The notes beneath the pieces were generated by a model that was not told the DNA's origin, searched no databases, and saw nothing but the letters and a program-made list of their open reading frames with translations. A program made the translations under genes and the position numbers. 64,000 bases of DNA from an uncultured Gammaproteobacteria bacterium (GTDB lineage Bacteria > Pseudomonadota > Gammaproteobacteria > DRLM01), in the NCBI GenBank assembly GCA_963761035.1, contig CAVXFH010000002.1:1738915-1802914 (forward strand). Reading direction: 5' to 3'. Shown here piece after piece: positions 47,305-57,186 of the stretch. How positions within the stretch are numbered: position 1 is the stretch's first letter; each line of letters begins with the position of its first letter.

Positions 47305-47839
47305 GGGGATGATCTTGGCGCTGCTGTTTGGATTATTGCCGCCGCAACCCGCGTTGGCCCTCTCCAGCGATAAGCAGCAGCCCATTCATATCGAGGCGGA
47401 CAGCGTGGTTATCGATGACGCCCAGGGTACGGCGGTATATCGGGGCAATGTCCGTTACACCCAAGGCAGCGCTCATCTGGAGGCGGATGAGGTGACGGTC
47501 TATAGCGCCGACCGCCACAACGTGGACAAGGCGGTGGCCGACGGCAAGCCCGCCACGTTCCGCCAGCGCCTCGATAATCAAGCGGAAGATGTGCGTGGTC
47601 AGGCCGCCCACATAGAATATTTCACCGCCGACGAACGCGTAGTTTTGCAGGGCGACGCCCATCTTTGGCAAGGCAAGAATGAATTTTCAGGCAGTCGCAT
47701 CGATTACGACACCGTCAAGGAGATCGTGAAGGCCGTCAAAGCCGCGACGGATGAGAGCCGCGTGCAGGTGATTATTCAACCTCGTCAGCCGCCTGAATCC
47801 GCCGCCGCGCCGCCCGCTGCTTCCTCTCCCTCCCCATGA
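47291..47839 (+). CDS. lptA: LPS transport periplasmic protein LptA
   Basis: Signal peptide; OstA-like beta-jellyroll ([24 protein letters not shown]). Confidence 0.88.
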   Translation: MQSNKGMILALLFGLLPPQPALALSSDKQQPIHIEADSVVIDDAQGTAVYRGNVRYTQGSAHLEADEVTVYSADRHNVDKAVADGKPATFRQRLDNQAEDVRGQAAHIEYFTADERVVLQGDAHLWQGKNEFSGSRIDYDTVKEIVKAVKAATDESRVQVIIQPRQPPESAAAPPAASSPSP

Positions 47840-48561
47840 GCACTTTGAGCGCCCAAGCGTTGAGCAAACGTTATCGCACGCGCCGTGTGGTGGATGGAGT
47901 GTCTCTGCGGCTGGCCAGCGGCGAAGTAGTGGGCCTGCTCGGCCCTAATGGGGCGGGGAAGACCACATGCTTTTACATGATCGTCGGCCTCATCCGCTGC
48001 GACAGCGGGACTATCAGCTTGGACGGGCAGGATATCACCGCCTATCCTATGCACCTGCGGGCGCGGATGGGAATAGGTTATCTGCCGCAGGAGGCCTCGG
48101 TATTCAGAAAATTGACCGTGGAAAATAACGTGATGGCCATTCTGGAGACCCTGCCGGGTTTGACGCGGCAACAACGGGAACGGCGGCGTGATGAAGTGTT
48201 GGCGGAGCTGCATATTTCCCATCTTAAGGACAACCTGGGCATGAGCCTGTCAGGCGGTGAACGTCGGCGCTTGGAAATTGCGCGGTCCTTAGTGACGCAG
48301 CCGCGATTTATCCTGCTGGATGAGCCGTTCGCGGGCATCGATCCGTTGTCAGTGATGGACATCCAAAGCATCATCAAGCAGTTGCAGGAGAAGGGCATCG
48401 GTATCCTCATCACAGACCACAACGTGAGGGAAACCCTGGGTATCTGCGAGCGGGCCTATATCGTCAACGAAGGCAAGGTAATCGCTGAGGGTGTGCCGCA
48501 ACAGCTGTTAAGCAACGAACAGGTGCGCGCCGTGTATTTGGGCGAGCACTTTAGACTATAA
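47836..48561 (+). CDS. lptB: LPS export ABC transporter ATPase LptB
   Basis: Walker [10 protein letters not shown], signature [15 protein letters not shown]. Confidence 0.93.
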   Translation: MSTLSAQALSKRYRTRRVVDGVSLRLASGEVVGLLGPNGAGKTTCFYMIVGLIRCDSGTISLDGQDITAYPMHLRARMGIGYLPQEASVFRKLTVENNVMAILETLPGLTRQQRERRRDEVLAELHISHLKDNLGMSLSGGERRRLEIARSLVTQPRFILLDEPFAGIDPLSVMDIQSIIKQLQEKGIGILITDHNVRETLGICERAYIVNEGKVIAEGVPQQLLSNEQVRAVYLGEHFRL

Positions 48562-48654
48562 ATGGCGGGAAGGATAGCACTGCAGTCCGTGGGTAATTGG
48601 GTTAAACTAAGCATGCTCTGTTACTGGAACGCCCCCTGATCAAGTAGTGGCAAG

Positions 48655-50181
48655 ATGAAACAATCGCTCCAATTACGTCTCGGACAACAACTCACGATGA
48701 CGCCCCAATTGCAGCAGGCGATTCGCCTGTTGCAATTGTCGACCTTGGAATTGCAAACCGAGGTTCAAGAGGCCTTGGAGAGTAATCCGCTATTGGAGCT
48801 TGCCGAGGAAGGGGAGGGGGAGGGGGAAAGCGGAGCCGGCGTCATTGATTTCCCCGGCGGCGAGAAGTCCGAATCCCTCAACGGCGACGAGGAGATGGCC
48901 TCGTCTTTGGGTTTGAGCGGTGATATTACGGTGGGATCCGCGGAGGATGAGACGGCCGCGGGAAATATATCCGGCGATATCCCGGAAGAATTGCCGGTAG
49001 ATACCAGTTGGGAGGATGTTTACGACTCCGGCGGATTGGGCGCCACCGGTGCGGAAGCGGATACCCGTGTATTTGAGATTCAAGACAGCCCCGTGGAGAG
49101 CTTGCGCGACCACCTGGTATGGCAAATGGATCTCACACATTGCAGTGAAACCGATCGCGCCATCGCCGCCGCCATCATCGATGCCATCGATGACGACGGT
49201 TATCTCGCTGCGCCCCTGGAGGAAATTCAGCAGGGTTTGCAGTCCGGGTCGGAGGCCGACCTAGACGAGATCGCCGCCGTTTTGCACCGCATTCAGAATT
49301 TTGATCCCCCCGGCGTGGCGGCCCGCGACCTGCGGGAGTGCCTGATGATCCAATTGCAGCAGTTGCCGGCGGATACCCCCTTGCTCGCCGATGCCAAGCG
49401 TCTGGTGGGCGAGCATTTGTCGCTGTTGGCCAGCCGGGATTATGCTCAACTGACGCGGCGCCTGAAATTGGATGAGCAAGCCCTGCAGAAAGTGATTAAT
49501 CTGATCCAGACCCTGAATCCGCGCCCGGGCAGCAGCGTGGCGGCCGGTCAGGCGGAATATGTCATTCCGGACGTGCTGGTACGCAAGCGCAACGGAACCT
49601 GGCGGGTGGAGCTCAACGAAGAGGCGGTGCCGCGTTTGCGTATCAACAGGCAATACGCCGGTTTGATCCGCCGCGCGGATTCCAGCAGCGACAACACCTA
49701 TCTCAAGGGCCAGTTGCAAGAGGCGCGTTGGTTTCTCAAGAGTCTGCAAAGCCGCCATGAGACTTTGCTGAAGGTCGCTTCCTGCATCGTTGAACGCCAG
49801 CGAGGATTTTTGGAGCACGGCGAAGAGGCGATGAAGGCGCTGGTATTGCACGACGTGGCGGAGGAGGTGGGCATGCACGAATCCACTATCTCGCGGGTTA
49901 CCACCAAGAAGTATATGTGGACGCCGCGCGGTATCTTCGAATTGAAATACTTTTTCTCCAGCCATGTATCTACGGCGGCGGGCGGGGCCTGCTCATCCAC
50001 GGCGATCCGGGCACTGATCAAAAAGCTGGTGGCGGCGGAGAACCGGCGCAAACCGCTCAGCGACAGTAAGATCGCCGCTGTCCTCTGCGATCAGGGGATC
50101 AACGTGGCGCGGCGCACCGTGGCGAAATATCGGGAAGCCTTGGCGATACCCCCGTCCAACGAACGAAAACAATTGGTCTAA
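48655..50181 (+). CDS. rpoN: RNA polymerase sigma-54 factor
   Basis: N-terminal Gln-rich region I ([25 protein letters not shown]), acidic region II, RpoN box [10 protein letters not shown]. Confidence 0.95.
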   Translation: MKQSLQLRLGQQLTMTPQLQQAIRLLQLSTLELQTEVQEALESNPLLELAEEGEGEGESGAGVIDFPGGEKSESLNGDEEMASSLGLSGDITVGSAEDETAAGNISGDIPEELPVDTSWEDVYDSGGLGATGAEADTRVFEIQDSPVESLRDHLVWQMDLTHCSETDRAIAAAIIDAIDDDGYLAAPLEEIQQGLQSGSEADLDEIAAVLHRIQNFDPPGVAARDLRECLMIQLQQLPADTPLLADAKRLVGEHLSLLASRDYAQLTRRLKLDEQALQKVINLIQTLNPRPGSSVAAGQAEYVIPDVLVRKRNGTWRVELNEEAVPRLRINRQYAGLIRRADSSSDNTYLKGQLQEARWFLKSLQSRHETLLKVASCIVERQRGFLEHGEEAMKALVLHDVAEEVGMHESTISRVTTKKYMWTPRGIFELKYFFSSHVSTAAGGACSSTAIRALIKKLVAAENRRKPLSDSKIAAVLCDQGINVARRTVAKYREALAIPPSNERKQLV

Positions 50182-50196
50182 TATCTGTAACGAGGT

Positions 50197-50520
50197 ATGT
50201 CATTTATGCAAATTCAACTCAGTGGCCAACATATAGAAATCACCCCCGCTTTGCGCCAATACGTGACCGAAAAATTGGATCGCTTGGCGCGTCATTTCGA
50301 TCAGGTGGGGATCGTCCATGTCGTCTTGAGCGTGGAGAAGCTGCGGCATAAGGCGGAGGCGACAATTCATCTTAATCGCGGTACCGTATTCGCGGACATC
50401 GAGGACGAGGATATGTATGCCGCCATTGACGGCCTGGTCGACAAATTGGACCGCCAGGTGAAAAAGCAAAAGGAAAAAAATACCGACTATCGCAACGGCG
50501 CGGCGAAACAGTCATCCTAG
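50197..50520 (+). CDS. hpf: ribosome hibernation promoting factor (sigma54 modulation protein)
   Basis: MQIQLSGQHIEITPALRQYV... matches E. coli Hpf MQLNITGNNVEITEALREFV. Confidence 0.92.
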   Translation: MSFMQIQLSGQHIEITPALRQYVTEKLDRLARHFDQVGIVHVVLSVEKLRHKAEATIHLNRGTVFADIEDEDMYAAIDGLVDKLDRQVKKQKEKNTDYRNGAAKQSS

Positions 50521-50567
50521 GTTACGGGCAACCTCACGGGTAAGATGGGGCGGGGGGAAAAACGGAC

Positions 50568-51050
50568 ATGCATATCGCTGAATTCATTTCTCCCGAACGC
50601 GTCGTCGTTCATCAGCAAGTAGGCAGCAAAAAGCGCGCGCTGGAATTAGTGGGCGGGCTCATTGCCGCCGCGCGGCCGAATTTAGTGGAAACCGAAATTT
50701 TCGACTGTCTTGTGGCACGCGAAAGGCTGGGGAGTACCGGAATTGGTCATGGCATCGCCATCCCACACGGCAGGCTCAAGACTATCGACCGCCCCATCGG
50801 CGCTTTTGCTGCGCTGGATAAGGGCGTCAATTTCGATGCCCTGGATGGCAAACCGGTGGATTTGGTGTGCGCCTTGGTGGTGCCCGAGAAGTCGACGGAA
50901 GAACATTTACAGATATTGGCGTCATTGGCGGCGCTGTTCGGCGACGAGCGTCTGCGCGAGCGGCTGCGGCGCGCCGCCTCGGCGGCGGAGGCGTATGCGC
51001 TGTTGAGCGGCGATGGCCTTGCGCCATTGCGGCATGCGGCGCCTCTTTAA
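50568..51050 (+). CDS. ptsN: PTS IIA-like nitrogen regulatory protein PtsN (EIIA-Ntr)
   Basis: EIIA-2 fold with the active-site His region GIGHGIAIPHGRL. Confidence 0.9.
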   Translation: MHIAEFISPERVVVHQQVGSKKRALELVGGLIAAARPNLVETEIFDCLVARERLGSTGIGHGIAIPHGRLKTIDRPIGAFAALDKGVNFDALDGKPVDLVCALVVPEKSTEEHLQILASLAALFGDERLRERLRRAASAAEAYALLSGDGLAPLRHAAPL

Positions 51051-51078
51051 CCGTTATTTCAAGGAAGCGGGAGTGATG

Positions 51079-51684
51079 GCGATGGGTGCGATGTCGCCTG
51101 GGCGGCGAACCGTTTTACCTAAGGGCCGGGTTACGCGCATGATCGAGCGAAAATTCACCTTGCATGGCGTGTTCATGGAGGTGATGCAGCTGGGGGTGTT
51201 GTTGTCGGGGGCGAACGGCGCGGGCAAGAGCGAGTTGGCGCTGGAGCTTGTGAATCGCGGACACCGCTTGATCGCCGACGATGCCCCCGAGTTTTTCCGG
51301 CCCGCGTCCGGGGGTGTGCACGGCCGATGTCCCGAACCGCTTTGCGATTTTCTCGAAGTGCGCGGTTTGGGCGTGCTCAATATTCGCGCTATGTTCGGTG
51401 ACGGTGCCATCGCGCCTAGCGCCGAGCTTAAACTCGTCTTGCGCCTAATGCCCATGACCGGCGAACAATTCGCCGCAATCGACCTTTTGCGGCCGTGCCG
51501 TGACGACGTGATTCTCCTCGACAAAGAAGTGCCGCGCATTACCTTGCCGGTAATCCCGGGGCGCAACCTGGCCATCCTCGCGGAAACGGCCGTGCGCATT
51601 CGATTGCTGGCGCTGTCAGGTTATGATGCGTCAGCGGATTTGATCCGCCGCCAGCAGTTATCTTTGGCTCAGGACCGTACATGA
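51079..51684 (+). CDS. hprK: HPr kinase/phosphorylase, short (C-terminal kinase domain) form
   Basis: P-loop GANGAGKSELALELVNRGHRLIADD matches HprK [25 protein letters not shown]; ~200 aa from the ATG at 51079. Confidence 0.75.
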   Translation, partial: AMGAMSPGRRTVLPKGRVTRMIERKFTLHGVFMEVMQLGVLLSGANGAGKSELALELVNRGHRLIADDAPEFFRPASGGVHGRCPEPLCDFLEVRGLGVLNIRAMFGDGAIAPSAELKLVLRLMPMTGEQFAAIDLLRPCRDDVILLDKEVPRITLPVIPGRNLAILAETAVRIRLLALSGYDASADLIRRQQLSLAQDRT

Positions 51685-52538
51685 GATTGATCGTAGTCAG
51701 CGGCTTGTCGGGCTCGGGAAAGACCATCGCTTTGCAGGCGATGGAGGACATGGGTGTCTATTGCATTGACAACCTGCCCTTCAAGCTATTGCCGTCTTTG
51801 GCCGCGCATCTTAAAAATACCCAGCATCAAAATTATAGAGATGCGGCGGTGGGTATTGACGCCCGCAATCTCGCTGACGATTTCGAAGAATTTCCCATGG
51901 TGTTGGAACAGGTCAGGGCGCAAGGCATCAAATGCGAAATTCTATTTCTCACCGCGGACGATCATGCTCTCCTCAAACGCTTCAGCGAAACGCGCCGTAA
52001 GCATCCTTTAAGCAGCGCCAAGGTGCCCCTCAACGAGGCGGTAGTGGCGGAGCGGCGTTTGCTGTCCCCGGTGGCCGGGGATGCGGATTGGCACATTGAT
52101 ACCAGCCATACCAACGTGCATCAGCTGCGGGCGCTGGTGCGGGAACGATTGGGGCGGGGAGAAGAGCAGACCTTGTCGCTGTTGTTTCAGTCCTTCGGCT
52201 ACAAGCACGGTCTGCCGCCCGATGCGGATTACGTATTCGATGTGCGCTGTCTGCCCAATCCTTATTGGGAGCCACATTTGCGGCCACTTACCGGCATAGA
52301 CGCGCAAGTGAGGGCCTTTCTGGAACAACAACCGGCGGTGGGCCGCATGTTCGAAGGCATCCGCGATTTTCTGAATATCTGGGTGCCCGCCTTCGAGGCG
52401 GAGAATCGCAGTTACATGACGGTAGCGGTGGGCTGTACCGGGGGGTATCATCGTTCGGTTTATATGGTGGAGTGTTTAGCTACCCACTTCCGGGTATCGC
52501 GCAGCAATGTGTTGGCGCGCCATAGAGAGCTGTCGTAA
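51681..52538 (+). CDS. rapZ: RNase adapter protein RapZ (YhbJ)
   Basis: Walker A VSGLSGSGKT; full-length RapZ similarity. Confidence 0.92.
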   Translation: MRLIVVSGLSGSGKTIALQAMEDMGVYCIDNLPFKLLPSLAAHLKNTQHQNYRDAAVGIDARNLADDFEEFPMVLEQVRAQGIKCEILFLTADDHALLKRFSETRRKHPLSSAKVPLNEAVVAERRLLSPVAGDADWHIDTSHTNVHQLRALVRERLGRGEEQTLSLLFQSFGYKHGLPPDADYVFDVRCLPNPYWEPHLRPLTGIDAQVRAFLEQQPAVGRMFEGIRDFLNIWVPAFEAENRSYMTVAVGCTGGYHRSVYMVECLATHFRVSRSNVLARHRELS

Positions 52539-52933
52539 TGGTTGGTTTGCTGATTGTTACCCATAATCAGATCGGAACCGCCTTGGTGGAGACGGCTTCC
52601 CACATGATAGGAATGTGTCCGTTGATGGTGGAGGTATTGGCGGTGGCCGCGGACTGCGATCCGGACGCCATGGTGAAGCGAGGCCGCGAATTGGTCAGGG
52701 AACTCAACACCGGCGATGGGGTATTGGTATTGACCGATATCTACGGCTCGACACCCAGCAATATCGCGGCGCGCCTGGCGGACAATCATCAGGTGTTGGT
52801 GGTGAGCGGCATCAATTTGCCGATGGTGGTGCGCGTCATGAACTACCCCCGGCTCGCCGTGGCCGAGCTGGCGGCCAAGGCCGAGAGCGGCGGAAGGGAT
52901 GGAATATTTTATTGCGTACCCGATGTCGAGTAA
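52538..52933 (+). CDS. PTS EIIA component, mannose/fructose type (EIIA-Man fold)
   Basis: N-terminus GLLIVTHNQIGTALVETASHMIG... with the conserved His; ~131 aa. Confidence 0.8.
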   Translation: MVGLLIVTHNQIGTALVETASHMIGMCPLMVEVLAVAADCDPDAMVKRGRELVRELNTGDGVLVLTDIYGSTPSNIAARLADNHQVLVVSGINLPMVVRVMNYPRLAVAELAAKAESGGRDGIFYCVPDVE

Positions 52934-52939
52934 CGGGCC

Positions 52940-53209
52940 GTGGTGCGCAAGGAAATCACCATCGTCAACAAATTAGGCCTACATGCCCGGGCCGCCGCTA
53001 AGTTTGTCACCTTGGCCTCCACCTTTCAGAGCAATATCCAGCTGGCGCGTTCCTCCCGCATCGTAAACGGCAAGAGCATCATGGGGGTGATGATGCTGGC
53101 GGCCGCCAAAGGCGCGTCCCTGGAATTGATAGCCGACGGCGAGGATGAACAGCAGGCGCTGCACACGTTGGAACAGCTTGTCCTAGACCGATTTGGCGAA
53201 GCTGAATAA
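52940..53209 (+). CDS. ptsO: HPr-family phosphocarrier protein (NPr/PtsO-like)
   Basis: 89 aa with the conserved active-site His context NKLGLHARAAAKFV. Confidence 0.88.
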   Translation: MVRKEITIVNKLGLHARAAAKFVTLASTFQSNIQLARSSRIVNGKSIMGVMMLAAAKGASLELIADGEDEQQALHTLEQLVLDRFGEAE

Positions 53210-53327
53210 TCCCGATTCGGCTGTGGCCGGAGTCCCTCCCGTACTTGGTGGCATCCCCCGGCGCCGCATAGAATGGGGATAAACTCGCTCCAAACGCAAA
53301 GCTGCGGTGGGGAATGGCCGGGGTGAA

Positions 53328-55298
53328 TTAAGTCCTTTCCAGTAAGAGATTCCCGTAGCTATCCGTTTGACAGCGCCAAGCAGGAGCGAGATAGGTGGTG
53401 GAGACCGCATCGATGATGAGGGCGGGACCGCGCACGATTTCGTCGCCACACAGACTCTGTCTTTGTCTCACGGCTACCGACGTCGCGACGCCATAGAGTG
53501 CGGCGCGGGCCGGCGGCGAATGGTCCGCCGGCGCGTCGGCGACTACCAAGGGCAGCGGCGGCGTAGGACCGAATATCCTTACTCGCAAATTCACCAGCTC
53601 GACCGCCAAGTCGAGGCGATGGCCGTAGCGTGTTTCATGATCATGGTGGAAAATCTCGCCGGACCTTATCGCGTTTTGCCACGGTACATTGAGCGTGGCG
53701 GTTTGGCCGCGGTAGCGCAGGTCCACACTGCGCTCGCTGCGGATGTCGCGGCGGGAGACGCCTTCCTGTTGCAGTTCGGCGCGGCCTTGTCGTTCTAACT
53801 CGGCGAAATGTTCCGCCAGCCTTAGTTCTTCGACATCGTCCAGCAAGAGACTTACGGTGCGCGATAAACGGCGGCCGCGCGGGGCCGCCAACATACCCAG
53901 CGCCGACAGTACCCCGGCGTGCACGGGTACCAGGGCATGACGCATGTCCATGGCCTCCGCCAAGGCGCACACATGAAGACCGCCGGCCCCGCCGAAGGAG
54001 AGTAAGGTGAATTGCCTGGGGTCGATGCCGCGCCGTGAAGAGATGACCTGCAGGGCGCGGACCATGTGTTCATTGGCGACGCGCACTATGCCCAACGCCG
54101 TTTCCTCGCTGCTGAGGCCGAGGGCGGCGGCAATGGGCGCCAGCGCCCGCCGGGCGGCCGCGACATCGAGCCGCATGCGGCCGCCGAGAAAACCGGCAGC
54201 CGGCAGGCGCCCCAGTATCAAGTTGGCATCGCTGACCGTGGGCCCGCCGCCGCGGCCGTAACAGGCCGGGCCGGGAGCGGCGCCGGCCGATTGCGGGCCC
54301 ACCTGCAACATGCCGCCTGCATCTACACGGGCAATGGAGCCGCCGCCGGCGCCGATGGTGTGCATGTCTACCATGGGTACCGCCACCGGATAAGGTCCGA
54401 TATGCCCCTCGCTGGTGAGGCGGATATCGCCGTCGATCAACGCCACGTCCGTGGAGGTGCCGCCCATATCGAAACTGAGCAGCCGTTGCCGCCCGCAATG
54501 ATCGCCGATGAAGCGCGCTCCGGCCAGGCCGCCTGCCGGGCCGGAGAGCAGCATACGCACCGCATGTGATCCTGCCCGGGTGAGGGCCATGGTGTCGCCG
54601 GAGCTTTGCATAACCGCGATGCCGGCGCCGTTGAGGCCCTGGTCGAGTCTGGTCAGATAGCCTTGTACCAAGGGTCCTATCCAGGCATTCAACCAGGTGG
54701 CGATACCCCGTTCGTATTCCCGATATTCCGGCAGGATCTCCGAGGAGCGCGAGATAAATATTTCCGGCGGGATGCTGGCGGCGACGGCCTTCTCGAAGCG
54801 ATCGTCGCGGAAAGAAAACAGCAGGTTGATGGCAACAGCTTGCGGGGCGAGTCGCCGCAAGGCGTTGCGGAGTCCGGCCACATCTTGGTCGCTAAGCGGA
54901 TCCACCACCGTGCCGTCGGCGGCCAAGCGTCCGCCGGTCTCCAGGCACAATTCCGGCGGCACCGGCGGCGGGATCGGGGCGGGTTGCAGATTGTAGAGTT
55001 CGCGCCGCGCCTGTCGGCCGATGCTGAGCAGGTCTTTGAAACCGCGGTTGGTGATGAAGGCGGTGCGTACGCCTTTGCCTTCGAGCACTGCATTGGTGGC
55101 GACCGTGGAGCCGTGTACCAATTGTAAACCGCATGGGTCGCATCCCAGTTCCGCAATGCCCGCGATGATGGTTTGTTCCGGTGCGTCGGGCGTTGACAGG
55201 CGCTTGTGGATACGCAACGTCTTGCCGTCGTAGAGCACGAAATCGGTAAAGGTTCCGCCGGTGTCGATGCCCAAATATTGGGTTGCTGGCGTTGTCAT
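53328..55298 (-). CDS. hydantoinase/oxoprolinase family protein (HyuA-like, ATP-dependent)
   Basis: 656 aa from the ATG at 55298 (MTTPATQYLGIDTGGTFTDFVL...). Actin-like ATPase motifs (DTGGTFTD; DMGGTSTD). Confidence 0.85.
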   Translation of the reverse strand: MTTPATQYLGIDTGGTFTDFVLYDGKTLRIHKRLSTPDAPEQTIIAGIAELGCDPCGLQLVHGSTVATNAVLEGKGVRTAFITNRGFKDLLSIGRQARRELYNLQPAPIPPPVPPELCLETGGRLAADGTVVDPLSDQDVAGLRNALRRLAPQAVAINLLFSFRDDRFEKAVAASIPPEIFISRSSEILPEYREYERGIATWLNAWIGPLVQGYLTRLDQGLNGAGIAVMQSSGDTMALTRAGSHAVRMLLSGPAGGLAGARFIGDHCGRQRLLSFDMGGTSTDVALIDGDIRLTSEGHIGPYPVAVPMVDMHTIGAGGGSIARVDAGGMLQVGPQSAGAAPGPACYGRGGGPTVSDANLILGRLPAAGFLGGRMRLDVAAARRALAPIAAALGLSSEETALGIVRVANEHMVRALQVISSRRGIDPRQFTLLSFGGAGGLHVCALAEAMDMRHALVPVHAGVLSALGMLAAPRGRRLSRTVSLLLDDVEELRLAEHFAELERQGRAELQQEGVSRRDIRSERSVDLRYRGQTATLNVPWQNAIRSGEIFHHDHETRYGHRLDLAVELVNLRVRIFGPTPPLPLVVADAPADHSPPARAALYGVATSVAVRQRQSLCGDEIVRGPALIIDAVSTTYLAPAWRCQTDSYGNLLLERT

Positions 55299-55444
55299 GA
55301 AATGGTCACCGGGAACTTTTTTCCGCTTGAAGACTCTTTTAGACTCGTCGTAGTTCATTATAATGCCGCCACATGCGGCGGTGGTAACTCGGCATTTAAT
55401 GCGAATACACCGCGCTGTCAACAAGTAATGAGAAACACAGACGC

Positions 55445-56404
55445 ATGAACGACGCAAGCAATTTGATTCGATTAGAACATGTATACCGCTATTACGGCCG
55501 CACCTGCGCCCTGAGCGACGTCAGTTTCGCCGTCGGCAAGGGTGAGGTCATGGGGCTGCTCGGGCCCAACGGCGCCGGCAAATCCACCGCAATGCAGATC
55601 ATCAGCGGCAATCTGGCGCCCAGCGCCGGCCAGGTGTGGGTCAACGGCATCGATCTCCTCGATCAGCCGCTTGCCGCCAAGGCCGGCCTCGGTTATCTGC
55701 CCGATCAGCCGCCTCTCTACCGCGAGCTGAGCGTGGACGAATACCTTGCTTATTGCGCGCGACTCAACCGCATCCCGGCCAAAGGGCAACGCGGCGCTAT
55801 CGCCACCGCCAAGGAGCGGTGCGGCCTCACCGCGGTGGGGCGGCGCCTTATCGGAAACCTATCCAAGGGTTACCAGCAGCGCGTGGGTATCGCCCAAGCC
55901 ATTATTCACGCGCCGGCGGTGGTGATACTCGATGAACCGACGGTGGGATTGGATCCCCTGCAGATGCGGGAGATTCGCGCCTTAATCCGCGAGCTGCGCA
56001 GCGAGCACAGCATCATTCTCTCCACCCATATTCTGCCCGAGGTGCAGGCGGTATGCGATCGCGTACAGATCATCGACGCCGGCAAACTGTTATTGAACGA
56101 TACCATTGCGGGTTTGCAGCTTCGTATGCATGCCTCCAGCCTGGTGCTCGGTCTGCGGCGACCGCCCTCCGGCATGGCGTTGGAAGGTGTCGCCGGCGTG
56201 ACGGCCGTGGAAGCAATGGACGAGGGTCGGTGGCGGATTCATTACGACCCGCAGCACAGCCCGGCGGAACATCTGGCGTTGGCGGCGGCCCAGAATGATT
56301 GGGGATTGTTCGAGTTGATACCGGAACGCCTGTCGCTGGAACAGGTCTTCGTGGACATTACCCGTAGCGATCCCTCCGAACCGGCTCAAGGAGCGGCGGC
56401 ATGA
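55445..56404 (+). CDS. ABC transporter ATP-binding protein (ABC-2/GldA-like)
   Basis: Walker A GPNGAGKST, signature LSKGYQQRVGIAQA, Walker B ILDEPT. Confidence 0.9.
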   Translation: MNDASNLIRLEHVYRYYGRTCALSDVSFAVGKGEVMGLLGPNGAGKSTAMQIISGNLAPSAGQVWVNGIDLLDQPLAAKAGLGYLPDQPPLYRELSVDEYLAYCARLNRIPAKGQRGAIATAKERCGLTAVGRRLIGNLSKGYQQRVGIAQAIIHAPAVVILDEPTVGLDPLQMREIRALIRELRSEHSIILSTHILPEVQAVCDRVQIIDAGKLLLNDTIAGLQLRMHASSLVLGLRRPPSGMALEGVAGVTAVEAMDEGRWRIHYDPQHSPAEHLALAAAQNDWGLFELIPERLSLEQVFVDITRSDPSEPAQGAAA

Positions 56405-57156
56405 TTTGGCACATTGCCGCCCATGAGTTACGGCGCTTGTTTTTATCACCGCTGGCCTGGAGCGTGCTGGCGGTGGAACAGTTCATCCTCGCCTATATTT
56501 TTTTGATCGGAGTCGACAATTACCAGAGTATCCAGCCGCAATTGAAAATGATGGCGGCGGCGCCGGGGATCACCGATCTGGTGGCCGCGCCGCTGCTCGG
56601 TCAGGCCGCGATCATGTTGTTGTTCGCGGTGCCGATGCTGACCATGCGGCTCATCAGCGAAGAGCGGCGCGCCCAAACCTTGACCCTGTTGTTGTCGGCG
56701 CCGGTGTCCATGACCGAGATCATCCTCGGTAAATTCTTCGGCGTCACCGCCTTCTTCCTGGTAGTGGTGCTGATGGTCGGCCTGATGCCGCTGTCGCTGC
56801 TGGTGGGCGGACATCTCGATTTCGGTATGCTTGCATCGGGCTTGCTGGGCGTGACGCTGTTGACCGCCAGTTTCATCGCCGTAGGCGTGTTCATGTCCAC
56901 CTTGACCGCGCAACCCGCCATTGCCGCGGTCAGTACCTTTGGCGTATTGCTGGGCTTGTGGATCATCGACTGGATCGGCGCCGGGCGCAGCGGCGATTAC
57001 GGCAATGTGCTGGGTTATTTCTCCATCCTGCGCCACTACGAGTCTCTGCTCAAAGGGGTATTCAACAGCAGCGATGTGATCTACTACCTGTTGTTTATTG
57101 TCACCTTCATTGTGCTCAGTATCCGCCGCCTCGACGCGGACCGCTTGCAGCATTGA
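56401..57156 (+). CDS. ABC-2 family permease (GldF-like)
   Basis: 251 aa, six TM helices; start overlaps the ATPase stop. Confidence 0.85.
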   Translation: MIWHIAAHELRRLFLSPLAWSVLAVEQFILAYIFLIGVDNYQSIQPQLKMMAAAPGITDLVAAPLLGQAAIMLLFAVPMLTMRLISEERRAQTLTLLLSAPVSMTEIILGKFFGVTAFFLVVVLMVGLMPLSLLVGGHLDFGMLASGLLGVTLLTASFIAVGVFMSTLTAQPAIAAVSTFGVLLGLWIIDWIGAGRSGDYGNVLGYFSILRHYESLLKGVFNSSDVIYYLLFIVTFIVLSIRRLDADRLQH

Positions 57157-57186
57157 CGCCGCACACCGGGAAATAATAAAGGTCTT

